The position numbers and the translations under genes were made by a program. A DNA stretch of 64,000 nt, from NCBI GenBank assembly GCA_944392815.1, contig CALXXY010000003.1:20096-84095 (forward strand). The letters run 5' to 3'. Positions 10,963-20,477 of the stretch are shown one piece after another. Every line of letters begins with the position of its first letter. The stretch's first letter is position 1. A model generated the notes under the pieces. It was given only the letters and a program-made list of their open reading frames with translations. It was not told where the DNA came from and searched no databases. The stretch is from an uncultured Alphaproteobacteria bacterium (GTDB taxonomy: Bacteria; Pseudomonadota; Alphaproteobacteria; Rs-D84).

Positions 10963-11404
10963 CACAAAACTGCGCGATATCATATCGCAAATGAAACACA
11001 CAAAAATCGCAACCGACACAGGTAAAAAAATGCACACGAAAATGCAGGGCATCATCATTTCCGACACCGCCCCACACGGCGACGCTGAAATACGCGCAAA
11101 AATCGCACAACGCCCTGAATTGACGCATTTTTTTGCGACAAATTCTAAAACTGAGGTTCCCATCGCAGGTCACATAAACGGCAAATTCATCAGTCGCCGC
11201 ATCGACAGATTAATCATCGACGACACAAACAAAACAATAGACATTCTGGATTACAAAACAGACACGAACAAGACCGCATTTATTGATAAATACACCGCAC
11301 AAATCAACGAATACGCCACGTTATTGCGCGACATATATCCGAATTACACAATTCGCGGCTATATTTTATGGCTGCATGATTTTGAATTGACCAAAATCAT
11401 ATAA
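10955..11404 (+). CDS. addA: AddA C-terminal PD-(D/E)XK nuclease domain, encoded as a separate ORF overlapping the helicase ORF by 8 nt
   Basis: RecB-family nuclease signature GHINGKFISRRIDRLIIDD ... ILDYKTD (D..D/EYK). Begins ATGTCTGA, overlapping the upstream stop TGA, in a different frame. Confidence 0.65.
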   Translation: MSDTKLRDIISQMKHTKIATDTGKKMHTKMQGIIISDTAPHGDAEIRAKIAQRPELTHFFATNSKTEVPIAGHINGKFISRRIDRLIIDDTNKTIDILDYKTDTNKTAFIDKYTAQINEYATLLRDIYPNYTIRGYILWLHDFELTKII

Positions 11405-11409
11405 AAACC

Positions 11410-13098
11410 TTGAAAAACATCACACAGTACGACTATAATTCAGGCATGTTAACACGGCTGTATATATCTAATATAGTTTTAATAGAAAAACTGAACCTGG
11501 AATTCGGTGCGGGATTAAACATTTTGACCGGCGAAACAGGGGCGGGCAAAAGTATTCTGTTGGACGCCCTGGCACTGGCGCTGGGCGCGCGTTCCGACAC
11601 GGGCCTGGTGCGTCACGGTTGCGACAGCGCAAATGTAATCGCAGAATTCGACACCATTCCCACCACACTGAAAAATATATTGGACGAAAACGGCATTGAA
11701 TTTGACGACGCATTAATATTGCGCCGTACATTGACATCAGACGGCAAATCACGCGCATGGGTAAACGATATTCCTGTATCGATAAAAACGCTGAAACAAA
11801 TCGGTGACGAATTGGTGGAAATTCACGGTCAATTTGCAAACCATACACTGCTGAACCCGACAACGCACCGCAATTCATTGGATATATTCGGGACAAAAAA
11901 CAACCCTGAATACAACGCGTTATTGGAAACAGTTCGCGCAAATTATAACGAATATCACACCGCGCAAAATAAATTGACCGAACTGCAACAAATGTTGGAA
12001 AAATCGGCCACAGAACGTGAATTTTTGGAACACAATGTCCGCGAATTGGAATCTTTGAACGTTCAACCGGGCGAAGAAAACGAATTGGCCACCAAACGCG
12101 CCACCATGATGAACGCGGAAAAAGACGCGGCAATTTTATCCGACGCCATTGCGGCATTAAACCCACACGGACAATCGCTGTCCGAACACATTTTTGCAGC
12201 CGCGAACACATTATTGCATATAAAAACAGACCCAAATCCATACGCTGAACAAATCGACAATTTATACGGCGTGGCCAACGCATTATCTGAAATAGAAGAA
12301 AAATTGGCACCCAACGAAATAGACACAGCCGACCTGGATTCAATCGAAGAACGTCTGTTTGCCATTCGTGCCGCCGCCCGCAAATATCGCGTTTCGGCCG
12401 ACGAACTGCCGCAAACACTGACAAAAATGGCCGCGGAATTAAACACGATTGAAAATTCAGACGCAGAATTAAAAAAATTAACTTCCTGCGTCACCCAGAA
12501 AAAAACCGAATTTGATAAATCGGCCACAAAATTAACCGTCGCCCGCACAGCGGCCGCCGAACAATTGCGCGCACAAATATTGGCCGAATTGCCGGATTTA
12601 AAACTGGGCACCGCGGATTTCATGGTGGAAATCACGCCATGCGCGCCATCTGCAAACGGGATTGATAATATCACGTTTATGATAAAAACGAACCCGGGCA
12701 TGCCATTTGCGCCATTGCACCGTGCGGCGTCTGGTGGCGAATTGGCACGCCTAATGTTGGCATTGCGCGTGGTGCTGGCGGATACAAACACTGCGCACAC
12801 ATTCATATTCGACGAAATCGACACAGGCATCAGCGGCGCCACGGCGTCCGCCGTGGGCAACCGGTTAAATCGCCTGGCTGCCACGTCCCAGGCGTTGGTA
12901 ATCACCCATTCGGCCCAGGTTGCCGGCTATGCCGACAAACATTTCAAAATTGCGAAATCTGTGGAAAATGATGTCACAAAAACAACAGTGACCGAAATCA
13001 TCGGTGACGCGCGCATAAATGAAATCGCCCGCATAATCAGTGGCGCCGAAATCACCCCAGAATCACTGGCCACCGCAAAAACATTGATAAAAAATTAA
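11410..13098 (+). CDS. recN: DNA repair protein RecN
   Basis: N-terminal Walker A LTGETGAGKSILLDAL, long coiled-coil middle, C-terminal signature/Walker B (FIFDEIDTGISG). The true start may be the internal MLTRLYISN around 11446. Confidence 0.9.
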   Translation: MKNITQYDYNSGMLTRLYISNIVLIEKLNLEFGAGLNILTGETGAGKSILLDALALALGARSDTGLVRHGCDSANVIAEFDTIPTTLKNILDENGIEFDDALILRRTLTSDGKSRAWVNDIPVSIKTLKQIGDELVEIHGQFANHTLLNPTTHRNSLDIFGTKNNPEYNALLETVRANYNEYHTAQNKLTELQQMLEKSATEREFLEHNVRELESLNVQPGEENELATKRATMMNAEKDAAILSDAIAALNPHGQSLSEHIFAAANTLLHIKTDPNPYAEQIDNLYGVANALSEIEEKLAPNEIDTADLDSIEERLFAIRAAARKYRVSADELPQTLTKMAAELNTIENSDAELKKLTSCVTQKKTEFDKSATKLTVARTAAAEQLRAQILAELPDLKLGTADFMVEITPCAPSANGIDNITFMIKTNPGMPFAPLHRAASGGELARLMLALRVVLADTNTAHTFIFDEIDTGISGATASAVGNRLNRLAATSQALVITHSAQVAGYADKHFKIAKSVENDVTKTTVTEIIGDARINEIARIISGAEITPESLATAKTLIKN

Positions 13099-14330
13099 AC
13101 TTTCACAACGCCATCGGCGAATTCAATCGACGCAGGACGTGCACCGTCCGCCCGACTGATTATTTGATTTTTTTCATCACGCACAATTGCATATCCGCGC
13201 GATAAAACGCTTTTATAACTTAACGAATTCAACATTTGCCCTAAATGATTCAATCCCTGGGTCATGACCATCATTTTATTTTGCAATATGTTCGGAAACG
13301 CAGCCACGGCGTCCATACGCCCACGCGCAGCAACAATTTTCCCGTTAATTATCACATTCAAAGTACGCGAAATATCGTCCAAACGCTGTTGCTGTTCCAT
13401 CACCAATTGTTTTGGATTTTTTACAACAATGGATTCCACGCGCGCCCGGGCATTGGTCAAACGCGTAGTAAAATTATTCGACAACCTGTGCCACAAATTA
13501 TCCAATTCCTGAATCAACGACAACTTGGTCGGCACAACCATTTCGGCCGCCCCAGTCGGCGTCGGCGCGCGCACATCGGCCGCATAGTCAATCAGCATCC
13601 AATCCGGTTCGTGTCCGACACCGGAAATCAACGGAATTTCACTGGCCGCAGCGGCACGAACAACAATCTCTTCGGAAAAAGGCAACAAATCTTCCAACGC
13701 ACCGCCACCACGTGCAACAATAATCACATCAACATTTTTTGCACGATTAAAATATTCGATACCGGCGGCAACCTCGGCCGCGGCAGTTGTGCCCTGAACA
13801 GTCGCAGGATACAACACAACCGTCACCGGAAAACGTTCACGCAATCTGTTTTGAATATCCTGAAACGCGGCACCGGTCGGACTTGTCACCACGCCAATTC
13901 GCTGAGGCAGTCGGGGCAGCGGCTTTTTACGTGCCTGGTCAAACAGTCCCTCGGCGGCCAGTTTACGTTTGCGTTCCTCCAACATTTTCAGGATTGCGCC
14001 CACACCCGCCATTTCTATTTCAGACACAATAATTTGATAATTGCTGCGCGCGGGATACGTTGTAAAACGCCCGGTAATAATAACCTCCAACCCGTCTTCT
14101 AATTTAAACGGAACGGGCGTACCGCGCCAAATAATCACAGATATGGCCGCCCCAGCATCCTTTATCGTCATATACATATGCCCGGACGTGGCGCGCGTAA
14201 TCTGCGACAATTCACCACGCACACGAATGCGCGGGAACGCCGTTTCCACGACGTTTTTCAATAACGCAGACGCATCAGTCACGCTAAACACTGTATCCGG
14301 CTGGACAAAAGGTTGTGGTTTTTCCAACAT
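13095..14330 (-). CDS. xseA: Exodeoxyribonuclease VII large subunit
   Basis: N-terminal OB fold (VRGELSQITRATSGHMYMTIKD) and an XseA-type catalytic core. Overlaps recN convergently by 4 nt. Confidence 0.9.
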   Translation of the reverse strand: MLEKPQPFVQPDTVFSVTDASALLKNVVETAFPRIRVRGELSQITRATSGHMYMTIKDAGAAISVIIWRGTPVPFKLEDGLEVIITGRFTTYPARSNYQIIVSEIEMAGVGAILKMLEERKRKLAAEGLFDQARKKPLPRLPQRIGVVTSPTGAAFQDIQNRLRERFPVTVVLYPATVQGTTAAAEVAAGIEYFNRAKNVDVIIVARGGGALEDLLPFSEEIVVRAAAASEIPLISGVGHEPDWMLIDYAADVRAPTPTGAAEMVVPTKLSLIQELDNLWHRLSNNFTTRLTNARARVESIVVKNPKQLVMEQQQRLDDISRTLNVIINGKIVAARGRMDAVAAFPNILQNKMMVMTQGLNHLGQMLNSLSYKSVLSRGYAIVRDEKNQIISRADGARPASIEFADGVVKV

Positions 14331-14332
14331 AA

Positions 14333-14824
14333 TTAACGCCTATCAAGTTCTTTTTTAATTTCCGCAATAAATTTTTCTTTATTGGGTGTTTTCATATCAC
14401 CCATACGGCGATTAATCGGCGTTCCCAATTCATACGGCACGCGCAGCGGCGCAAACTGATCCCCGGTGGTATCAAACGGAATATCCAATTCACGATTGTG
14501 CAAAAACACCACAGGCGCATGTTCCCACGCCCCCAACTTTATCGCAGACGGTTGCCACACGGTATCCCCACCATACAAATTATAAATGCAAATCGTGGAC
14601 AGGGCACAAAAACCCTTGGGATACGGGACGAACCCCATAAACGGCATATTGCCAACATATTTTTTGCGAAACGCTGCGTCTTTGAATTTATTGCGCAACA
14701 CGTACGAAATATCATACAATGTATATTCAGCGTCGAATTTATCCAGCATTACGCTGTCAATTCGCTGTGCTGTTTCCAAAACTTTGCGGGTTGCCGCATC
14801 ATATTTTTCCAAATAATCATTCAT
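14333..14824 (-). CDS. Hypothetical protein with a GFC...W.H...N motif; paralog of the next gene
   Basis: Intact ORF. Shares GFCxxS, VW, WxHxxxL.N, DQF and PY(E/D) blocks with the ORF at 14864-15412. Confidence 0.5.
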   Translation of the reverse strand: MNDYLEKYDAATRKVLETAQRIDSVMLDKFDAEYTLYDISYVLRNKFKDAAFRKKYVGNMPFMGFVPYPKGFCALSTICIYNLYGGDTVWQPSAIKLGAWEHAPVVFLHNRELDIPFDTTGDQFAPLRVPYELGTPINRRMGDMKTPNKEKFIAEIKKELDRR

Positions 14825-14863
14825 AATGCGTTAATTATAGCACATCTGGCATTAAAAACAAGT

Positions 14864-15412
14864 TTATCTGCTGCCGCGTCCCAACGCCCGCAACGAATTA
14901 ACAAAAACCACATAGCCCAAATCAATACCCAACCGTCGCGCAAAAGTATACGCACGTTTAAATTCGAAATCGCTGCTGTTATAATCGCCCACTTTGTCAT
15001 ACGGAATTTTTAAATATTCCCCATCATCACCCACAAATTGGTCAAAGGTCAAATCCAGTGGTTCGCCCGTAAATTTATTTTCCAACCACACATGATCCCA
15101 CTTGTCCCCGACTATCAGTTTTAATCGCCAAACTTCGTCCCCATCTGGCATACGAAATAAATGATTCCACGTATAACTGGCAATACCACAAAAACCAGCA
15201 GAATACGCCCCATGCGCAACACGGGCCTGTTCATATTTTTGTTGTAAAACCCGCCTGCGCAAACGCGTGTCACAAAACGCCCTGCGGAAATCGCGCACCA
15301 TACACGACATATCATATTTCGGATTAAAATCGGACGGCAAATTTAACCATTGTGATTGTACCTGGTGCACCAATGATTCAGTGGCCTCATTATACCGCAT
15401 CATATCAACCAT
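14864..15412 (-). CDS. Hypothetical protein; paralog of the 14333-14824 product (Cys/His motif)
   Basis: Aligns block by block with the neighbouring ORF (GFCGIAS, WDHVWLEN, FDQF, IPYD). Confidence 0.5.
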   Translation of the reverse strand: MVDMMRYNEATESLVHQVQSQWLNLPSDFNPKYDMSCMVRDFRRAFCDTRLRRRVLQQKYEQARVAHGAYSAGFCGIASYTWNHLFRMPDGDEVWRLKLIVGDKWDHVWLENKFTGEPLDLTFDQFVGDDGEYLKIPYDKVGDYNSSDFEFKRAYTFARRLGIDLGYVVFVNSLRALGRGSR

Positions 15413-15413
15413 A

Positions 15414-16544
15414 TTATAACTCCGTCAACGGCCAACGGGGGCGGGGCGCCACAGGCGACGTGACAACGCGTCCCAACCTGTAATTTTCCAACCCGGCCCA
15501 CGCAATCATGGCACCATTATCCGTGCACAAATTCATCGGTGGCGCAGCAAACACCACACCATGCGCCGCCGCCAAACGTTCCATCGCACTGCGCACAGCA
15601 CTGTTTTTCGCAACACCGCCCGCCACCACCAAAGTTTTTGGCGCGGCCGCAATCACCCGCGAATCAGCATACGCGTTTTCCAACCGATTAATAATGCAAT
15701 CAACCACAGCCGCCTGGAACGACGCACAAAAATCGTTTATATATTCATCACTGTACGGCGGTGTTTGCCGCGACAAAAACGTACGCGCAGCCGTTTTAAT
15801 TCCACTGAACGAAAAATCACACCCAGGCCGGTCGCACAACGGACGCGGGAAATGAAACGCACGCGGATTCCCGGCCGCAGCACGTTTATCAACAACCGGC
15901 CCACCGGGATACCCCAATCCCAACATTTTTGCAACTTTATCAAATGCCTCGCCAGCACTGTCGTCCAGCGTTTGACCAATCATTTCATACTGGCCAACAC
16001 CGCGCACCAATAAAATCTGGCAATGCCCGCCCGACGCCAGCATCAACAAATACGGAAAATCAACATTGGTCGCGCCGTCCGCACCATTTGCCGCCGCTGC
16101 ATGTAAACGCGGAACCAGGGCGTGACCCTCCAGATGATTAACGGCAACCAACGGTTTGCCTGTTGATTGCGCAATACCTGTTGCGGCCAACCAACCAACC
16201 AACACGCCACCTATTAACCCAGGCCCGGCCGTCGCAGCAACAACATCGATATCATCAATCGATTTGCCAGCCGCGTCCAAAGTTCTGTGAATAACGTCAT
16301 CAATCGCCAAAATATGCGCACGCGCCGCCAATTCAGGCACCACCCCGCCATACTTTTGGTGTTCAGGAATTTGCGAATAAATAATATGTGCCAAAATATT
16401 ACGGTCAGAATCCACCACAGCCGCCGACGTTTCATCACACGATGATTCTATGCCCAAACACAATGTCGCGCGTGGCGTGGCACCATCATGCTCGTCACCA
16501 TGCAAAGTGCCCATATCCATCTGAATAATTTTATCCGTATTCAT
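15414..16544 (-). CDS. tsaD: tRNA N6-adenosine threonylcarbamoyltransferase (Kae1/Gcp family)
   Basis: LGIESSCDETSAAVV N-terminal motif and HxxGH metal-binding region (AVNHLEGHAL). Confidence 0.9.
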   Translation of the reverse strand: MNTDKIIQMDMGTLHGDEHDGATPRATLCLGIESSCDETSAAVVDSDRNILAHIIYSQIPEHQKYGGVVPELAARAHILAIDDVIHRTLDAAGKSIDDIDVVAATAGPGLIGGVLVGWLAATGIAQSTGKPLVAVNHLEGHALVPRLHAAAANGADGATNVDFPYLLMLASGGHCQILLVRGVGQYEMIGQTLDDSAGEAFDKVAKMLGLGYPGGPVVDKRAAAGNPRAFHFPRPLCDRPGCDFSFSGIKTAARTFLSRQTPPYSDEYINDFCASFQAAVVDCIINRLENAYADSRVIAAAPKTLVVAGGVAKNSAVRSAMERLAAAHGVVFAAPPMNLCTDNGAMIAWAGLENYRLGRVVTSPVAPRPRWPLTEL

Positions 16545-17227
16545 TTTACTTCCACCAACATAATTCCCAAATTATTTTTATTTTCTGCGCGCGCACGGGC
16601 ATATTGATAAAAATCCACGTCCATCACACGCCCATATTGCGACGACGCATGCCGCAATACACCGCCCGGCAATAAAAATCCCATATGCCGCACGGCTAAA
16701 TCAGTACCTATTTTACCACTTTTTTCAAATTGTCCAGAAATAAATAACACTATCATGGGTTTTGTCACATTTATCCCAGCCACTTGTTCATACGGGATAT
16801 AATTCAAATCAACCGCCACAGGCGCAAAATCTGAATCAATTCCATGCACGGCACGCAACCAACTTTGTTTATCAATCACCACATGACGCACAGACACATC
16901 ACCATATTGTTCTGTCACATCAGTCACCAAATCTGCATTGTTTGCCAACCAATCAGTTTCAATAAAATGATTACGATTTACAAAATCAACAACGCCGCCT
17001 TTGTACCTGATTTTATTTAATTTTTGTACATCACCGCCCGCCAACGACGTTTCCACAAACGTCACACAATCAAACGCATCATCGCGAACAAGTGGATCAG
17101 AATCAGGCGCAACACCTTCGCCCAATGGATCGGCCACATATGCCGCCCCCAAATATTCACGCCCAGGGTCATCAATGTCGCACACCGCGCACCCAACCAA
17201 CGCGAATAAAAACATCAGCCATTTCAT
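16541..17227 (-). CDS. Secreted DUF1460-like (amidase-like) protein
   Basis: Signal peptide MKWLMFLFALVGCAVC. FDCVTFVETSLA resembles the DUF1460 catalytic Cys block. 4-nt overlap with tsaD. Confidence 0.4.
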   Translation of the reverse strand: MKWLMFLFALVGCAVCDIDDPGREYLGAAYVADPLGEGVAPDSDPLVRDDAFDCVTFVETSLAGGDVQKLNKIRYKGGVVDFVNRNHFIETDWLANNADLVTDVTEQYGDVSVRHVVIDKQSWLRAVHGIDSDFAPVAVDLNYIPYEQVAGINVTKPMIVLFISGQFEKSGKIGTDLAVRHMGFLLPGGVLRHASSQYGRVMDVDFYQYARARAENKNNLGIMLVEVK

Positions 17228-17229
17228 GA

Positions 17230-17535
17230 TTAATTATTTTGATTCACCAAAATCCCAGTATTGCACAACGACACAGCGTCCCGCACAGCCATCTCGCCAC
17301 TTCCCGGCAGGGTTGCAACCTTGTCCACACATTGAACCAATAATTCCAAATTATCTGTACTGGCAATAATAATCTGGGCGGCGGTTGTGCGTCGCGCCAC
17401 ATCAGCGGCACGCCATTGCCGCAAATTTCCATTTTCCAAATCACTGGATTTCATGGCAAAGAAAAACACCACAACCACAAAAATCAAAACAGCAATTCCG
17501 ATAACAATTTTTAAAATTTTTTTAAACGAATTCAT
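17230..17535 (-). CDS. Small single-pass membrane protein (unknown)
   Basis: Likely start MNSFKKILKIVIGIAVLIFVVVVFFFA. One TM helix. Confidence 0.35.
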   Translation of the reverse strand: MNSFKKILKIVIGIAVLIFVVVVFFFAMKSSDLENGNLRQWRAADVARRTTAAQIIIASTDNLELLVQCVDKVATLPGSGEMAVRDAVSLCNTGILVNQNN

Positions 17536-17553
17536 ATGCGCCACCACAATCTG

Positions 17554-17907
17554 CTATTCACAACGGACCAACCACAAATCATAATCCGCATTTTGCACAG
17601 GATTATCACCGGGTTCATTCGCGCTGGTCCAACCGCTGTAAATTTTCCCCTCGTCCGATTTGTTAATTTCGATAAACATGTAAAAATCCTGGGCATCAAA
17701 AGGATCCGTTTGCTTGCACGAACGCACCACCATGTCCAATTTTTCAAACTGCGTCGGCACGCCAACGGGCAGGGCAACCGTCTGCACTTTACCGGCGGCC
17801 TTGTTCATAATGCGCACAACGGCGGTTTGTCTGTCAACATATGCGTCCGCCGGACGCGCCGCCCCAAACACAGCCAAAATCAAACCAAACAAAAATAATT
17901 TTTTCAT
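17554..17907 (-). CDS. Periplasmic DUF2155-like protein
   Basis: Start at MKKLFLFGLILAVFGAARPADA (signal peptide). Small conserved alphaproteobacterial periplasmic protein. Confidence 0.5.
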   Translation of the reverse strand: MKKLFLFGLILAVFGAARPADAYVDRQTAVVRIMNKAAGKVQTVALPVGVPTQFEKLDMVVRSCKQTDPFDAQDFYMFIEINKSDEGKIYSGWTSANEPGDNPVQNADYDLWLVRCE

Positions 17908-18020
17908 AACAAATATTTTACAGACACACGCCCCCAAAGTCAAATCGTTAATCGCCCAGCGCCCCAAAACAAAAATCCCGCACACAGCGGGATTTTTGTT
18001 TACAATAATTTCGCACAAAA

Positions 18021-18422
18021 TTATTTGTCTTCTGCTTTGGCCGCTTTTTCAGCAGACGCCGCGGACAAATCTTCGACAATACGTGCCTTTTTACCGGACA
18101 ATCCACGCAAAAAGAACAATTTTGCACGACGAACTTTACCTGTGCGAACCTTTTCAATTTTTTCAATCGCAGGGCTGTACAGCGGGAATTTACGTTCCAC
18201 ACCAACACCATACGATTCACGGCGCACTGTAAAGGACGCATTATTCCCGGCACCACCATCGCGCGCGATTACGACACCTTCGAAAACCTGGATACGGAAT
18301 TTATCGCCATCTTTGATTTTCACGTGTACTTTTACTGTATCACCGGCCTTGAAATCCGGGATTTTTTTATCGCCACGCAGTTTTTCAATTTGTGCCTGTT
18401 CAATTTTTTTAATAATGCTCAT
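18021..18422 (-). CDS. rplS: 50S ribosomal protein L19
   Basis: Typical L19 sequence ([19 protein letters not shown]...[10 protein letters not shown]). Confidence 0.95.
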   Translation of the reverse strand: MSIIKKIEQAQIEKLRGDKKIPDFKAGDTVKVHVKIKDGDKFRIQVFEGVVIARDGGAGNNASFTVRRESYGVGVERKFPLYSPAIEKIEKVRTGKVRRAKLFFLRGLSGKKARIVEDLSAASAEKAAKAEDK

Positions 18423-19105
18423 TTTTCATTTTCCTTTATTAAATCCGGACGACGTGATTTTGTTATTTCGTCCGATTGTTGTTTCCGCCATCTTTCTATA
18501 TTGCCGTGATGGCCAGACAGCAGGACTTCTGGGACATTACGTCCACGCCATGCCGACGGGCGGGTATATAACGGCCATTCCAACCCCCCGATTTCAAAAC
18601 TTTCATTGCGTGTGGCCTCGGCGCCACCGCCCAGGACATTATCCATCACACGAACCACGCTGTCAATAAAAACTTGCGCGGCAATTTCGCCACCCGACAG
18701 TATATAATCGCCAATGGACAATTCCATTATGTTATACTCGTCTATGACCCGTTGATCAATGCCTTCGTATCGGCCACACAACAGGGTATAATTCGCATCA
18801 CGTACCGCGGCAAATTCGCGCACCATTTTTTGCGTCAATTGCGGTCCACGCGGCGAAAAGTATATGATTTTACCGCGATTTTTAATCGAATCAATTGCGT
18901 CACCCAAAACATCTGCACGCATAACCTGGCCAACGCCACCGCCGAATTGTTCGTCATCGACACTGCCATAGTTGTCATGTGCAAAATCGCGAATGTTTAT
19001 GGCATCATACGACCAAACCCCATTGGACAGCGCACGCCCAACAACCCCGCCACCCACAGTGCCGGGAAACATTTCCGGAAAAATGGTCAGTATATTGAAA
19101 TGCAT
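18419..19105 (-). CDS. trmD: tRNA (guanine37-N1)-methyltransferase
   Basis: [14 protein letters not shown]-terminus, SPOUT fold motifs (GGGAGMV-like, [13 protein letters not shown]). Confidence 0.9.
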   Translation of the reverse strand: MHFNILTIFPEMFPGTVGGGVVGRALSNGVWSYDAINIRDFAHDNYGSVDDEQFGGGVGQVMRADVLGDAIDSIKNRGKIIYFSPRGPQLTQKMVREFAAVRDANYTLLCGRYEGIDQRVIDEYNIMELSIGDYILSGGEIAAQVFIDSVVRVMDNVLGGGAEATRNESFEIGGLEWPLYTRPSAWRGRNVPEVLLSGHHGNIERWRKQQSDEITKSRRPDLIKENEK

Positions 19106-19107
19106 GT

Positions 19108-19380
19108 TTAACGCTGTTTGCCCCCACAGTTTTTACACAAATAATCCGCCAACTTTATCACGATATCGGTCATATGTTCGTCGGGCAACGCCGCCGAACG
19201 AATAACCTTGATACGACCTGGAACCTCGCGCAATACAGAATGTTCCAATTCCAGCCCGTCCAGATATTTCAACACATGGCACGACGCCATATCAGCGTCA
19301 CATCTGTTGAAAACACTTTTACGCCCCATTGAATCAAAACGAAAGACAACCTGTATAGATTTTTTATTAATATTCGGCAT
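19108..19380 (-). CDS. Small hypothetical protein inserted between rimM and trmD
   Basis: Start MPNINKK preceded by AGGTGGA RBS. About 90 aa with no recognisable family. Confidence 0.4.
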   Translation of the reverse strand: MPNINKKSIQVVFRFDSMGRKSVFNRCDADMASCHVLKYLDGLELEHSVLREVPGRIKVIRSAALPDEHMTDIVIKLADYLCKNCGGKQR

Positions 19381-19414
19381 TAACTTTCCACCTTTGTATA
19401 TTGATATAACAAAA

Positions 19415-19708
19415 TTATTTTGATTTTTGCCACACACGTTTATAAACATGCACCAAACCGCCATCAAAATAAAATTTACCGTCCATAAACAAACGCTGAC
19501 CATTGCAATCCGGCAAATTACCATACTGATTTACAATATACGGACATTTTGCCCCAGACGGAATAATTCTGTATCCATCATCAGTGTATTTATAATTGGC
19601 AAATACAGGACACACATGCACACACGGACAACGCCCAGCACGAATAACCCCACGTGGCACATAAACACGGTCTTTGACATCTTCTAAGACAAATGGTTTT
19701 GGCATCAT
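19415..19708 (-). CDS. Small Cys-rich hypothetical protein (7 Cys)
   Basis: 97-aa ORF (RCPCVHVCPV ... KCPY ... DCNGQ) directly downstream of rimM. Confidence 0.4.
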   Translation of the reverse strand: MMPKPFVLEDVKDRVYVPRGVIRAGRCPCVHVCPVFANYKYTDDGYRIIPSGAKCPYIVNQYGNLPDCNGQRLFMDGKFYFDGGLVHVYKRVWQKSK

Positions 19709-19720
19709 ATTGTTTTCACC

Positions 19721-20185
19721 CTATAATTTTACAATTTTATTATCAAAATCCACATTTGCACCAACAAACGAAACAAAATCGCCGTTATCCAGTTCGATAA
19801 TATCGCCGGCCCCAAAATTTTGAAATCCGGCAATGCGCCCGATTTCCACACCATAGCGCAGCACACGCATACCAATTAAATCGGCCTGATAATATTCCCC
19901 AGCACCCGGCGCCGGCAAATCATCACGATTGATAAACAATTCAACACCACGCAACATTTCAGCCGCATTGCGGTCATTCACACCATCAATCCGGGCGATA
20001 ATAACAGACGACGACGGCACCACGCGCACGAAATGAAACGCCCCATCTGGAACATGCGTCCCATGCACCCGCAAATCTTTCATATCAACGGGTGTGGCGG
20101 TATATGTTTGGACACGAACCTCGCCCCGGACGCCCTGGGGTGCGACAATTTTCCCGACCAAGATTTGTTTACCGTTATCGTGCAT
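19721..20185 (-). CDS. rimM: 16S rRNA processing protein RimM
   Basis: KQILVGKIVAPQGVRGEVRVQ N-terminal RimM motif and C-terminal PRC barrel. Start set at MHDNGKQ. Confidence 0.8.
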   Translation of the reverse strand: MHDNGKQILVGKIVAPQGVRGEVRVQTYTATPVDMKDLRVHGTHVPDGAFHFVRVVPSSSVIIARIDGVNDRNAAEMLRGVELFINRDDLPAPGAGEYYQADLIGMRVLRYGVEIGRIAGFQNFGAGDIIELDNGDFVSFVGANVDFDNKIVKL

Positions 20186-20420
20186 TTTCTTGTTTTTTGT
20201 CCGCCAATTTTTTCCGCAGCAATTCAAAGAACGCAAACGGATTTTCATGTTTTTGATCCGCCAGATATCTGCAATACACCGGCATAGCAGGGCAATCGCC
20301 ATACTGATAAACGTAAATTTTACTGTTTTTATACGCAGATATTTTCAATTGACGTTGAAATTCAGCATTTTGTTGCGAATAAGTGCATTCAATATCTGGA
20401 TTAATTGGACATTTTGGCAT
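20175..20420 (-). CDS. Small Cys-containing hypothetical protein between rpsP and rimM
   Basis: 81-aa ORF (MPKCPINPDIECT ... YGDCPAMPVYC). Overlaps the rimM start by about 11 nt. Confidence 0.35.
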   Translation of the reverse strand: MPKCPINPDIECTYSQQNAEFQRQLKISAYKNSKIYVYQYGDCPAMPVYCRYLADQKHENPFAFFELLRKKLADKKQENAR

Positions 20421-20477
20421 TTATCAACCCCATACATTCGAAAACTATGCCCGGGAAATCCCGGGCATATTGCAAAA

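Noticed and set aside
11468-12905. Two long minus-strand ORFs (318 and 280 aa)
   Set aside because: Both are antisense to recN and have no features of their own. They are typical shadow ORFs.
13245-14102. 285-aa plus-strand ORF
   Set aside because: It is antisense to xseA, Arg/His-rich, and has no motifs.
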